From Enterobacter phage vB_ExiM_F4M1E: a stretch of DNA of 64,000 bases. The stretch is taken from the sequence record OL744216.1; one strand, written 5' to 3'. Of this stretch, positions 9,194 through 18,805 are shown in pieces. A program made the translations under genes and the position numbers. Below the pieces are notes generated by a model. The model searched no databases. It saw only the letters and a list, made by a program, of their open reading frames with translations, and had not been told where the DNA came from. Numbering within the stretch: the first letter of the stretch is position 1; each line of letters begins with the position of its first letter.

Positions 9194-9592
9194 TTATTCA
9201 GCGTCCAGCGCCGCCAGTTCCGCACGAAGCTCTTCTGGGGTCTTGGACTGAACTTCACGCTGCTCGGCTTCCGCCAGAGCGTTGATCAGTTTCTGACGCT
9301 GCGCCGCCTTGGTCTGTGCAGCCACGCGCTCTGCCGCTTCGGTCTCTTTCACGCCGATCACGTGCTTAACGATCTCCAGCTTCAGTTCCAGATCTTTACG
9401 CACAGCGTTTTTGTTCTGGGACAGGAAGGACTCTTCCTTCTCTGCATTGATCTGGCGGTTGATACCCTTCGCCACTTCGTCCAGTTGGGTCAGAGACAGA
9501 TCGAACAGGTCTTCAGTCGCCAGTGACGCGAAGCGTGGGGAAGCGAAACGGATTTTGGAACGTGCTGCGATTTCAAAAATGTTGGTAGACAT
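9194..9592 (-). CDS. Ala/Glu/Lys-rich coiled-coil protein (start MSTNIFEIA), monocistronic unit
   Basis: GAGGAGAA RBS; flanked by its own family promoter and a terminator. Confidence 0.55.
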   Translation of the reverse strand: MSTNIFEIAARSKIRFASPRFASLATEDLFDLSLTQLDEVAKGINRQINAEKEESFLSQNKNAVRKDLELKLEIVKHVIGVKETEAAERVAAQTKAAQRQKLINALAEAEQREVQSKTPEELRAELAALDAE

Positions 9593-9623
9593 TGTATTCT
9601 CCTCAGTAATTAAGTTCGGGTTC

Positions 9624-9652
9624 ATTATGGGGCCTTCCGGCCCCGTTGTCAA
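9624..9652 (-). promoter_or_regulatory. sigma70-type promoter of the palindromic-spacer family
   Basis: minus strand reads TTGACA-acGGGGCCggaaGGCCCC-ATAAT with a 17-nt spacer. Confidence 0.6.
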
Positions 9653-11656
9653 TCAGAAAATCACTTTCAGTGTGCGGGTGAATGCACCAGTCACTTTCAC
9701 CGTCAGTTCGTTGCGCTGGGTATCAGAGAAGCCCAGGCCAGACAGTTGTTCGTCAGAGGCCGGAACCTTCATCTTACCTGCCAGATGCTCGAACACTTTA
9801 CGGTGCTCGTTCAGTTCGTTACGCAGATACTCGTTGTAGAAACCGCGAGTAGTGCCCGGCTGTTTTGCGCCTTCCAGCATGAAGAAGTAATGCTTGTTAC
9901 CAATCGCCTGACCGTCCCAGTGGTTCGGAGAGTTCATGATCACAGACACCTTCTGGAACTGCTCAGTCGCAACACCCCACACATCTTTGGACTGCTTGGT
10001 GTGCGGCAGTGATTCGATGACTTCCACGCCACCTTTACGGGTGTAACGGAAGGTGATCACATCCACATTGCTACCACGAGCCATCGCCTGTGGGCGGTTG
10101 AACTCCAGCGTTGTATTGCCATGTTCCAGTTGCAGGGTAAAGCCGATACGGTCACGAGATCGGACATTGTACTGATTCACCCACACCTTGTAAATACCTT
10201 CCTGAATCTGATCTTCACGTTCGAAGATGATGTTCTCAACCGGGTTCAGATCGTCATGTTTGTCCATGCCGTTCATATCCAGGTCCAGATACGCACCTGA
10301 CCCGCGACGGTTTCCGTAGTACAGATGGTCACCACGAGGTGTACGCATGTGGAGGTCGAGATCATCACCGTTGCTCCACGCAAGAGAGATACGCAGCGCA
10401 CCCTCCACCTTACCACCTGCCGCTTTCACACGCTCTTTGATGGAGTCAGTAACTTCACCGTTGTAAGACCAAGAGAAGTTGTTGTCCCACTTCAGCATGT
10501 TCGGAGCGTCCGGATATACCGGGGCCACCAGAGAAACCAGGTTACCAGTGTGGCGGTTTTCAACCATCGCTTCGATGCTTGTCGCCGTCGGCAGAACTTC
10601 ACGGATGAATTTCTCGATGGAGATCTCTTCCACGTTAGCCGGGCCTTTGACAGGTTTCTTCGCGCCTTTCAGCAGGTCACCGAACACATCTGTGGCCTTC
10701 TGGGTGTTACGGTCAGCAAACAGCACGTTGTTAACGGTCAGGTCTTCCAGTACAGCGTAGCGGCGAGGCAGAGAGTCCATCAGACCCAGTTCCTGAACCT
10801 TCTCCTGTGCCTTCTTGATCATCGCTTCGGTAACCAGCGCGGTTGGGCGCTTGTAGTTTGCCGGGGCCATAACCTTTTCCCAACGCTTAACCGCAGATTC
10901 AATATCCATACCACCGGACAGATCTTCCAGCAGGGTGCCGATCGCAGTATTACGGAACTTACCGCGCTCACCCAGCTTCAGGCCGTTTGTCCACACGAAC
11001 GCTTCTTTACCTGCGGCATCCAGAGCATCGTATTTGTTCTTCAGATCGAGGAACAGGTTGACGCTGGCGATCTGCTCGTTCCCACGGTACAGGGAACCCT
11101 GTGCGTTCAGTTCGATGATCGTTTCTGCTGCGTCGGCAGTCAGTTCGATCAGGCTGCGCTCCAGAACCTGCACGTTGCTACGAGAGCGGCTCAGGGCAGT
11201 TGCGATGTCTGAGTTTGGCTTCACGAAGTTCTGTGGCAGAACGGCGTGGAAGTGGTTATACGTCACGACCTGATCGTTTTCCAGAACGTTGCTTTGCGCC
11301 GTACCCACCTTAGTGGTGAAGTGCAGGAACTCGTCAGCGATCGGTGCTGCATGGATCATTTTGGACAGTGCGTCAACAACGGTCTGGTAGTAACCCGGCA
11401 CTTTGATGTCCCAGATAGAGACACGTTTACCATCCACAAAGGTCACCACACGACCCACATCACGGATGAACTGCTTGCAGCAGTTGCAGTCGTACTCACG
11501 GCGCTCACGGAACACGAGGTTGGTGCCCGCCGGGAATGAATCCAGATAGTGGTTCCACACCGCATCTTTGTCAGCAGCCACTTCAAACAGGCCAGTTTTA
11601 GCCATTTTGGTCAGTTGTTTCTGGATAGCCAGTACGAAGTTATGATAGTTGTTCAT
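9653..11656 (-). CDS. large protein of unknown function (667 aa)
   Basis: long ORF with good RBS; no catalytic motif recognised; C-terminal SLAWSNGDDLDLH...YYGN...LDLDMNG region. Confidence 0.6.
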   Translation of the reverse strand: MNNYHNFVLAIQKQLTKMAKTGLFEVAADKDAVWNHYLDSFPAGTNLVFRERREYDCNCCKQFIRDVGRVVTFVDGKRVSIWDIKVPGYYQTVVDALSKMIHAAPIADEFLHFTTKVGTAQSNVLENDQVVTYNHFHAVLPQNFVKPNSDIATALSRSRSNVQVLERSLIELTADAAETIIELNAQGSLYRGNEQIASVNLFLDLKNKYDALDAAGKEAFVWTNGLKLGERGKFRNTAIGTLLEDLSGGMDIESAVKRWEKVMAPANYKRPTALVTEAMIKKAQEKVQELGLMDSLPRRYAVLEDLTVNNVLFADRNTQKATDVFGDLLKGAKKPVKGPANVEEISIEKFIREVLPTATSIEAMVENRHTGNLVSLVAPVYPDAPNMLKWDNNFSWSYNGEVTDSIKERVKAAGGKVEGALRISLAWSNGDDLDLHMRTPRGDHLYYGNRRGSGAYLDLDMNGMDKHDDLNPVENIIFEREDQIQEGIYKVWVNQYNVRSRDRIGFTLQLEHGNTTLEFNRPQAMARGSNVDVITFRYTRKGGVEVIESLPHTKQSKDVWGVATEQFQKVSVIMNSPNHWDGQAIGNKHYFFMLEGAKQPGTTRGFYNEYLRNELNEHRKVFEHLAGKMKVPASDEQLSGLGFSDTQRNELTVKVTGAFTRTLKVIF

Positions 11657-11665
11657 TTAAATCTC

Positions 11666-12352
11666 CTATTTGGAATTAATCAGGTTAGTTAAACATTTTT
11701 TAACAGAATGCGGCAGTTGTTGATGAACCTTGGGTATATCACTATCCTTTACTACCCTGATGGTTTTCACGTCAGCGCCGGATGACATAAGAGTATCCTC
11801 TATAATACTTTCAGTCAACTCCTTTATTACATTGTCCGTAGGATTTATACCCATAGAGGAGAAAACTTTCAAAATGTCTTCTTTCTTTATCACCAAGGAG
11901 AGGTCCCTCCGTCTTTCTGCGGCAGGTGTAACCTCCAAGACGGGCTTTTGAGGTGAAGTGAAAACCTGCCCCGATTGCCCCCTTATCATATCCTTGGCAA
12001 GATCGTCAAAATGTTTTGCAGACCGCAAGAGAAAATCTGAAACACCTTTTGAGTTCAGGAAGGTTTTATCTCTCTGAGCAAAAGACCGTATATCATCAAC
12101 CTTTGAAAACAAAGAGTTGGTTGGGATGTTCTTCCAGACAATATTAAAATAACTTGCCTTCCGACAGATCATCGCTGATCTGAACCCAAGCCCGGAGAAT
12201 AGGTTAGCCGCGCAACTCTTACCTCGGCTCTTGAGGGCAGAAAATACATCTGCATTCCTAACCCACACCTTACCACCACTCACAACAAATGTGAAAATAA
12301 CCCCGTTGAAATCCTTCTTGAAACAAAGGTCTCTTCCGATATTGTCATTCAT
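11666..12352 (-). CDS. KilA-N/Bro-N-like DNA-binding domain protein, in an AT-rich island
   Basis: N-terminal FTFVVSGGKVWVRNADVFSAL pattern resembling KilA-N/Bro-N; local AT-rich composition. Confidence 0.35.
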   Translation of the reverse strand: MNDNIGRDLCFKKDFNGVIFTFVVSGGKVWVRNADVFSALKSRGKSCAANLFSGLGFRSAMICRKASYFNIVWKNIPTNSLFSKVDDIRSFAQRDKTFLNSKGVSDFLLRSAKHFDDLAKDMIRGQSGQVFTSPQKPVLEVTPAAERRRDLSLVIKKEDILKVFSSMGINPTDNVIKELTESIIEDTLMSSGADVKTIRVVKDSDIPKVHQQLPHSVKKCLTNLINSK

Positions 12353-12368
12353 TTTTCAGCCTCATTGC

Positions 12369-12680
12369 TTAGTTAACTGTTACGAAGTCTACACCAGCTT
12401 GCTCAAGGATGTCAATACGTAATTGACGCTCTTTTTTACGGTAGTCGTTTTTCAGAGACTCCCGCTGTCTGTTAAGGGTATTGTACTGATCATCCGGGAA
12501 AATACGGATTACCGACTCGGCGGAGAAAATGCCAAGACCTTCAGCCCGGACCCCTCCATTATTGAGCAGTTTGCCCTTGGCGACAACATAGTATGGGAAT
12601 ACATCATACTTCACAATTGCCGTCACTGACGGCAGCAGGTCATCAGGATTCATCAGACTTGCCCTCCACTTTTCCAACAT
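12369..12680 (-). CDS. hypothetical protein
   Basis: 103 aa ORF in AT-rich island. Confidence 0.45.
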   Translation of the reverse strand: MLEKWRASLMNPDDLLPSVTAIVKYDVFPYYVVAKGKLLNNGGVRAEGLGIFSAESVIRIFPDDQYNTLNRQRESLKNDYRKKERQLRIDILEQAGVDFVTVN

Positions 12681-12834
12681 ATGTCATATCCAGCTTGCTG
12701 CTGAATGTTTCGAGTCCGAGTTCATAAACCCCGTTCTCAACCAGACCAACACCCGGGATTTCGTGATTAATAACTTTTCCAGTGATGGTCCCGTCAGGGT
12801 GAATAGTCACTTGGGCCAGTGCTTTAAATGACAT
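12643..12834 (-). CDS. small hypothetical protein
   Basis: 63 aa ORF. Confidence 0.35.
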   Translation of the reverse strand: MSFKALAQVTIHPDGTITGKVINHEIPGVGLVENGVYELGLETFSSKLDMTYVGKVEGKSDES

Positions 12835-13060
12835 AATCCGTCTCCTTTATCTTCGTCAGATCTTTTATCAGTTGTGCCAGCGAATAGTTCTTTGCCACCC
12901 ACGTGTTGTCTTTGCCAACTCGTTCCGGGTCACCAAGATATTGCACTATTTCTTCCAGCGTGTCAAACGATTTGTTGTCACGGGTTTTCATTTTTCCACT
13001 CCTGAAACTCTTCCCATTCATCGAACCAGCGACGGTACTTGGCAATAGCCTTGTCCGCAC
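12824..13060 (-). CDS. small hypothetical protein
   Basis: 78 aa ORF; start uncertain (overlaps upstream gene). Confidence 0.3.
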   Translation of the reverse strand: MRTRLLPSTVAGSMNGKSFRSGKMKTRDNKSFDTLEEIVQYLGDPERVGKDNTWVAKNYSLAQLIKDLTKIKETDYVI

Positions 13061-13274
13061 GGTCCTTTGACTTAATTTTTCCCTTTACAGGATAGATGTC
13101 TGTTGCCATCACAAGGCTCGGATCAATACTTCCCGGCCCGACCACCCAGATCTTGTAGTGGAGATCGTAATAGTCGTTGTAATATTCCAGGCGCAGACCT
13201 GCCGGGGAATAATTCTTCTTGGCGAAAAGATCCTTGGCCCGGTCCAAGAGGTCGAAGAAGTCTTCCTTATTCAC
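12978..13274 (-). CDS. hypothetical protein, GTG start (replaces TTG-started 133-aa track ORF)
   Basis: GAGGAG RBS 7 nt before GTG; N-terminal part of the track ORF is occupied by a better small gene in another frame. Confidence 0.4.
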   Translation of the reverse strand: MNKEDFFDLLDRAKDLFAKKNYSPAGLRLEYYNDYYDLHYKIWVVGPGSIDPSLVMATDIYPVKGKIKSKDRADKAIAKYRRWFDEWEEFQEWKNENP

Positions 13275-13434
13275 GGATGAACTCCTCAATAAGTCCCAGA
13301 AGCTGTTTAGCTTGTTCCTTGTCGAGGATGACAGAGTCTTCTCCGTGGTAAATCTCAATAGTGTCGGAGAACAGGACAACTTCTTTTTCGTCCCAGTCCT
13401 CTGTCCCCTTCAAGAATTTTTTGGTCTCTTTCAT
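13267..13434 (-). CDS. small acidic protein (55 aa), absent from ORF track
   Basis: TAAGGAG RBS; its stop overlaps the GTG start of the downstream gene. Confidence 0.4.
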   Translation of the reverse strand: MKETKKFLKGTEDWDEKEVVLFSDTIEIYHGEDSVILDKEQAKQLLGLIEEFIRE

Positions 13435-13443
13435 GATTGCTCC

Positions 13444-13665
13444 TTAATGACCGTAGTTGCAGCCGATGATGTACTTGACACCCTTGTACTCAAACTTATG
13501 GTCGAACTGACCGCAGCAGCCGCGCTGTACCAGACGGGCATACTCCGCCATTTCTTCTTCGTTATCCACACGGGCATAACGGAAGTTGTCTGCATAATCC
13601 AGACCACAACGTGCGATATGGTAGGACAACTCTTCGTGCAGGAACATTTTAATTTCAGGTATCAT
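13444..13665 (-). CDS. Cys-rich hypothetical protein (start MIPEIKMF)
   Basis: CGLDY...GCCGQFDHK...GCNYGH motif. Confidence 0.4.
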   Translation of the reverse strand: MIPEIKMFLHEELSYHIARCGLDYADNFRYARVDNEEEMAEYARLVQRGCCGQFDHKFEYKGVKYIIGCNYGH

Positions 13666-13732
13666 ATGACCTCCTTTGTTTCGATGGGTGCATATTACCA
13701 GAATGAATCTGGAAGTCAACACTTTTCTTCAG

Positions 13733-13760
13733 ATAATAAAAAACCGCCCCGAAGGGCGGT
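13733..13760 (-). terminator. rho-independent terminator after DNA polymerase gene
   Basis: ACCGCCC-cgaa-GGGCGGT stem followed by a T-run on the minus strand. Confidence 0.65.
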
Positions 13761-13765
13761 TCTGA

Positions 13766-16402
13766 TCAGTGACAATCTCCCCAACTTGTCCCTGTCAGGT
13801 ATTCACCTGTGATGTGGACTGGTGACTTCATCATCTTGGCTGCCTGCTCTACGCATTTGACCACCATCTGCCCCACCGGGCAATGAATAATCGTGTACAC
13901 GCCGTTCTCGTCCGGATCACACTTGAACTTACCTTCTTTCACACAGTGACCATCCAGAACCAGACCTTTCGCCAGGCACTGTTCAACAAAGGCTTTTGCA
14001 GTCGCCTCGTCGTTGAACTTCCATTCCTTCTTGAACTTGTGCGGCACCTCAAGCTGGTATTCATCGTGGTAGTAGATGATACGGCGGACGCCTTCATCAT
14101 ACCAGCCTCGTTTAACCAACTGCCAGTGCAACAGGATACCAACCAAGTCGAACAGTGCGGCACCGCCGTTCTGCTGGTATGCGTTCAGCAGGGAGTGTTT
14201 GGATCGGGTGTAGATCTTACGACCATCAAGACCGTAGATAAACCGTTTCCCAGTCAACTCCCAGAACTTCTCAAGGGCTTCTTTACGACCTTTCAAGCCG
14301 ATGTTGCTATCCCAGAATGCGTCGATTACCGCCTGTGCTTTGTCGAGGGAAATACCCAACATAGAGGCGATCTTCGCCGCTTGGGCACCGTACATGATGC
14401 CATATGTTACACCCTTACCTTCGCCACGGGAAACCTTCTTGCCCGCCGCCTTGGTATACGCCTCGGCGTTTCGGCTGTGGGCGTCACCAGACTCCATGAT
14501 GCGGAGATAAGCGCCACCATCGAACTCATAAGCACCCCATGCCGCGATCATACCTTCGAGGTTTGACCCGTCAATACCCACCTGATACTTCCCTTCCGAC
14601 GCCTTGAACAGCGCTCGCATTTCCTTGCCCAGCAGAACCTTCTCGTCTGGTTTAGGAACGTTAGCCACGATCGTGTGCTTACGGCGTCCGGTGTTGGTAA
14701 TACCAGAATAACGCGCCGGGAGCTTCCCGTCAATACGCAGTCGTGGATGGTTCAACCACCCCGTGTCAACCTTGTCTTCCTTGAGTGGGTCAAGTACAGA
14801 ACGGCGGTTTCGCAGGGAGAGCCATTTCACGATCTGCTTCGCCATATGACCATCAACCTTCTCAAGGTTAGGGCACAGGCCGCTCATATCCTTCAGCTGA
14901 GGCGATGTTGGCAGACCACGGGCTTTACGGCGGAGGAGTTTATACATCTTCTCCTTATCCTGCCACGCCTTCAGGGTGATCCCGAGGTACTCCAAGATCA
15001 GATCCCGGTACTCAACCTGGTCCAACTGCTCGATGTACTCACGCACAAGGCCGTCAACCTCGTTGTCAGGACGCTGTTTCTTAAACTGGTCCTTGGTAAC
15101 ATCTTTGCTGCGCCACAGCGTAGGCTTCCATCCTGCATCACGGATCAGGAACTTCTTCACGTCGTCCTGGTTACCGATTCGCATCGGGATCATGATGTCC
15201 GGCATCGTCTGATTCTTCAGGTCCAACATTGCTCGTGCCATGTCCTCTGGTGAGAGAGGGATCAGGGTCGTTTGCTTGTTGTTCTGGTCCCGGATAAACT
15301 GTGGCATCGCTGCCTCATCCTCGACACCATGCTCATTGCAATACTTGATTGCTGCCGCCGTCAGGCTACCGTCTGCCTTGAAAGACTTCGCCGGAGGGCC
15401 TTTGAAATCAAGGGCCTCCCAGTTGATGTTATATCCCAACTTCTCAAGCCACTTCCACCCGGTCCCGGACAGAGATCCGTCACCCTTGAAAGGTTTAGAT
15501 GGGAACGTGGGCTGTGCCGACTTAGCCATCTCTTTCTTGGGCAGGTGTGGTTCAACATCGCCCTCGATGTCCCGCATCATTGTGTCGATACGGTCACGAA
15601 GTTTCAGCGCCGCCTCTTCGTCGAAGGTTACGCCTTGGATCTCTTGCTCGATCATCAGGTAGTCGGTGAGCATCCCCCGGCGCAGGCCATTCTTCCAGTT
15701 GATCAGTTTGTACTTTTTGGCGTCCTTATCCTTATCTTCATCCTTGTACATGAAGCGTTTGTCATCTACCAGCTTGCCGTCGCAGGCGATCTCCTCCATG
15801 AGGGCCGTCCACACCATTTCGTTGATGATGACGTCTTCGATGATACGATCGCAATACTTCCACAGCGGCAATCCGCGCCAGTCCTCGATTGCCACCTTCT
15901 GGTTGGCAACACGCATACCCCAGGCTTCCAAACCGTGAGGGCCGACAGGTTTCATCTTCCCGGTCACCGGGTTCTTCACCATCTCAGGACAGCCACGGGG
16001 CAGCGGGCGGTCCGGGTAAAGAGTTCGAGACATTGATAAAGTGTCGAACAGGTTAACCTGTTTGCCGTTCAGGGTGCCCATGCACTTGGGATCACCGAAC
16101 ATATCATACTGAGTCCCCAGCATCTTTTTGAACAGACGCAGGTCGTAGCCGAACAGGTTGTGGATCGCAATTGAGCGAGGCTCAGTCTTGAACCAATCGT
16201 TCAACTCCTCAAAGGTGCGGATCTTGAAGTTCTTCCCCTTCGACTCGATGAATTTGATGGCCTGATCGTACCCTTCCCGATTGGGATCGAGGAAGATATT
16301 CCAGTTATCGACCTTATACTCCTTGAACAGGATCACGTGAAGCTGGTCTACCTCATCGAGCAGACCGTTGGCTTCAGCATCTCCTACAAACAACCCTTTC
16401 AT
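13766..16402 (-). CDS. DNA polymerase, family A, with 3'-5' exonuclease domain
   Basis: exo motif FVGDAEANG; pol motifs GKGVTYGIMYG (B-like) and YYHDEYQLEV (C); AAGGAGAG RBS before second ATG (MKGLF). Confidence 0.85.
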   Translation of the reverse strand: MKGLFVGDAEANGLLDEVDQLHVILFKEYKVDNWNIFLDPNREGYDQAIKFIESKGKNFKIRTFEELNDWFKTEPRSIAIHNLFGYDLRLFKKMLGTQYDMFGDPKCMGTLNGKQVNLFDTLSMSRTLYPDRPLPRGCPEMVKNPVTGKMKPVGPHGLEAWGMRVANQKVAIEDWRGLPLWKYCDRIIEDVIINEMVWTALMEEIACDGKLVDDKRFMYKDEDKDKDAKKYKLINWKNGLRRGMLTDYLMIEQEIQGVTFDEEAALKLRDRIDTMMRDIEGDVEPHLPKKEMAKSAQPTFPSKPFKGDGSLSGTGWKWLEKLGYNINWEALDFKGPPAKSFKADGSLTAAAIKYCNEHGVEDEAAMPQFIRDQNNKQTTLIPLSPEDMARAMLDLKNQTMPDIMIPMRIGNQDDVKKFLIRDAGWKPTLWRSKDVTKDQFKKQRPDNEVDGLVREYIEQLDQVEYRDLILEYLGITLKAWQDKEKMYKLLRRKARGLPTSPQLKDMSGLCPNLEKVDGHMAKQIVKWLSLRNRRSVLDPLKEDKVDTGWLNHPRLRIDGKLPARYSGITNTGRRKHTIVANVPKPDEKVLLGKEMRALFKASEGKYQVGIDGSNLEGMIAAWGAYEFDGGAYLRIMESGDAHSRNAEAYTKAAGKKVSRGEGKGVTYGIMYGAQAAKIASMLGISLDKAQAVIDAFWDSNIGLKGRKEALEKFWELTGKRFIYGLDGRKIYTRSKHSLLNAYQQNGGAALFDLVGILLHWQLVKRGWYDEGVRRIIYYHDEYQLEVPHKFKKEWKFNDEATAKAFVEQCLAKGLVLDGHCVKEGKFKCDPDENGVYTIIHCPVGQMVVKCVEQAAKMMKSPVHITGEYLTGTSWGDCH

Positions 16403-16464
16403 ACTCTCTCCTTTTTGGCATACCTCCACTCAGGATATCCCAATGCCTCGTAAAGATCAACCTA

Positions 16465-16644
16465 TCAATCCGGCAGCTTGACCATGCAATTCCCATCTTT
16501 CCACTTGCTGATGGTGCCCAAGACCTCGACCTTGGCCTTCCTGCCTTTTATTTGGCGGATAATTCCGCCCTGAAGCTCATTGTAGCCCCAATAAATAGCC
16601 ACCTTGTCGCCCTCTTTAAGAGGGGTCCCGCGATAATCAGTCAT
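16465..16644 (-). CDS. small protein (59 aa), absent from ORF track
   Basis: ORF MTDYRGTPLKEGDKVAIYW... in the gap between pol and the next gene. Confidence 0.3.
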   Translation of the reverse strand: MTDYRGTPLKEGDKVAIYWGYNELQGGIIRQIKGRKAKVEVLGTISKWKDGNCMVKLPD

Positions 16645-16728
16645 TGTGATTCCTTATGTCCAGAATGTACATGACAACACAGAGGAGGCCCACGGCCCCC
16701 AAGAACGCCAATCCAACCCAATCCGGCA

Positions 16729-17196
16729 TTAGTTCACCTCGACAGGCTCAATGAAGTAGTTCTGTCCCTTCTTAACCTGCATGAAGGTCCCCTCTACCCA
16801 AGTCCCTGAACCTTGAATACGGGTTTCAGAGATGTCATACTTCGTGTTTGGATCACGTTTTCGGTGAAGCAGTTGGAGAATCAACTCCAGACTGTTGAAG
16901 GAGATTTTATACTCAAACCCCTCTTTGTCTTCAAACACGGCTACCGCAGAACTTCTTCCTTTTTCAGTGTGCGAGAATTGGAGAGACATTTTACGAACTT
17001 CGTGCTCAATCTCCTCAACACGTTTGCTTTCCCCACCTGGCCGAAACAGATGATCAAAATCGCAGAGGGGAAATCGGGCAGCATATGCCGCCTCCGCCTT
17101 TTCTGTAAAGGCAAAACCTTCCCAGCCTGTGAACCACTTCCCGCCTGATCCGGCTTCTGCCAAGGCAGGGTATGAACGCTTTTTCAGCTTCCTCAT
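16729..17196 (-). CDS. hypothetical protein
   Basis: 155 aa ORF. Confidence 0.5.
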   Translation of the reverse strand: MRKLKKRSYPALAEAGSGGKWFTGWEGFAFTEKAEAAYAARFPLCDFDHLFRPGGESKRVEEIEHEVRKMSLQFSHTEKGRSSAVAVFEDKEGFEYKISFNSLELILQLLHRKRDPNTKYDISETRIQGSGTWVEGTFMQVKKGQNYFIEPVEVN

Positions 17197-17398
17197 TGGG
17201 GAACCTCCCGATAATCCAGTAGTGGGTATCGTTTAGGGTAAATCTCCATCCGGGCGCACACATTGCAATAGTGCGGATACTTCGGAGGGGAGGTTAAGAA
17301 AGCCTCCCCGTTGTTCATCATTTCCCCGGTGCAACCGTTAAACCCGCAATCCATGTGGACTCTGACCTGGACTACCGGAACGACACGCTCAGTCATCT
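17193..17398 (-). CDS. zinc-ribbon protein (start MTERVV)
   Basis: CGFNGC...CNVC; AAGGAGTGG RBS; ATGA overlap with upstream stop. Confidence 0.45.
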
Positions 17399-17763
17399 GT
17401 CCACTCCTTTTCATAACCCGCTTGTTGCTGGGTGATGGCAATATGCGGCGCATCGCAGCCGTCGTACCAGTTATCGACAAACATTTTCTCGGACCCTTCT
17501 ACGATGAACAGTCCCGCCAGCCGTAATTCCTCTTGCAGGTTGCCAAACATATTATCGTTCTGGTCGAAGATCACCAAGCCTGCATCATACGACGGGCCGT
17601 CCTCGTGGCGGTAAACGACCATATCACCGCCGTAAGTGATCTTCAGCTTGGAATCGATCTCGTCAAGCCTGTCGGAAACCTCTTGCCAAGAATCCGTGTG
17701 TAGATTGCCCAGTGGTGGGTCTAACAGTGCAATAACGCCTACAGTTACACGTTGTTCGCTCAT
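17389..17763 (-). CDS. hypothetical protein (start MSEQRVTV)
   Basis: GGGGAGTGGAGAA RBS. Confidence 0.5.
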   Translation of the reverse strand: MSEQRVTVGVIALLDPPLGNLHTDSWQEVSDRLDEIDSKLKITYGGDMVVYRHEDGPSYDAGLVIFDQNDNMFGNLQEELRLAGLFIVEGSEKMFVDNWYDGCDAPHIAITQQQAGYEKEWTDD

Positions 17764-18038
17764 TTCTCCACTCCCCATATCTCGTAGCTTGGCTCGAAGC
17801 ACAATGCCACTTTACATTTGAAGACGACTTCTCCGTTTGCCGGGTTGAACAGTTCAAGCTCTGCATCTCCCCGGTTCCAAGTCTCCCAGCCATCGTGATT
17901 ATCACGGAAATCCGCACATGCTTCTTCCGCTGCTATCTCAAGGTCCCATTCGTCACTTACGTCAAACAACGGATGACTTGGCTTGAAAGTGTACTCGTAA
18001 GGCCCGCAAGGCCCAATACTTATCCGATAACCGATCAT
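17760..18038 (-). CDS. hypothetical protein
   Basis: 92 aa ORF, ATGA coupling. Confidence 0.5.
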   Translation of the reverse strand: MIGYRISIGPCGPYEYTFKPSHPLFDVSDEWDLEIAAEEACADFRDNHDGWETWNRGDAELELFNPANGEVVFKCKVALCFEPSYEIWGVEK

Positions 18039-18141
18039 TCTTACTCCTTACTTGCTGCAATATACAGCATGTGAATAGTTTTCTTTAACTCACGAACGGG
18101 CCAGTGCCTTCGTAAATTGGGGGAGTGCTCCCCCGTCATAG

Positions 18142-18795
18142 TTAGTCAAGAACAAATGGTGCCGTCGGCACCGAGAAATTACCGTCGTAACGGGCTACTT
18201 TGCTGATACGGAATTGGTCAAGCCCACCAAACATCGTTTGTTCGCCGAACCCGATCCTTGCGAAACGGCTTACGTCACTCCACCCTCCAGAAACAAAGGA
18301 TGTGGTGGTTGGTGCCACTTTACCGTTAATATATAACTTCGTGACCCCTCCTTTGCTCACAATGGCGATATGTGCCCAGTTGGAAAGAGGCCAGTAGTTG
18401 GTACTAAAGCTCAAATAATTCTTCTGGTCCTGAAGATAAACCACGCTTTGGTAAACCTTGAGGCAACTCTGCGTACCTGTTCCAAAGTACATCCACCAAG
18501 AAGAGGCAACTGAAGAGTTTCTTGACCAAAATTCAATAGTGAACTCGTCCTCTGGTTTGAAGACGAGATCTGTTTTCTCTGTCGCCACCATCTCAAAATA
18601 GCTGGTAGCGGTAGTACAGTCAAAGTATTTGTTGTTGAATTTTCCGTAACTTCCGGTGCCTACTGTGGCTACCTTGGAAAATTGCCGGGTAGGCTTGGCA
18701 ACATCAATACCACCCTTGTCTGCTTGCAGGAGAAGGAGAGTCTTATCTCCCTTCACGCCGCCGCTTGCACCAGCCGCCAAAAGAATTTCCTGCAC
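18142..18795 (-). CDS. concanavalin-A-like lectin/glucanase (LamG-like) domain protein
   Basis: beta-sandwich signature ...FGGLDQFRISKVARY... at C-terminus. Confidence 0.4.
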   Translation of the reverse strand: MQEILLAAGASGGVKGDKTLLLLQADKGGIDVAKPTRQFSKVATVGTGSYGKFNNKYFDCTTATSYFEMVATEKTDLVFKPEDEFTIEFWSRNSSVASSWWMYFGTGTQSCLKVYQSVVYLQDQKNYLSFSTNYWPLSNWAHIAIVSKGGVTKLYINGKVAPTTTSFVSGGWSDVSRFARIGFGEQTMFGGLDQFRISKVARYDGNFSVPTAPFVLD

Positions 18796-18805
18796 TTTTT
18801 ACTCC

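Noticed and set aside
12978-13379. 133-aa TTG-started ORF
   Set aside because: The N-terminal 35 codons overlap a better RBS-equipped 55-aa gene in another frame. A GTG with GAGGAG RBS gives a coupled 98-aa product instead.
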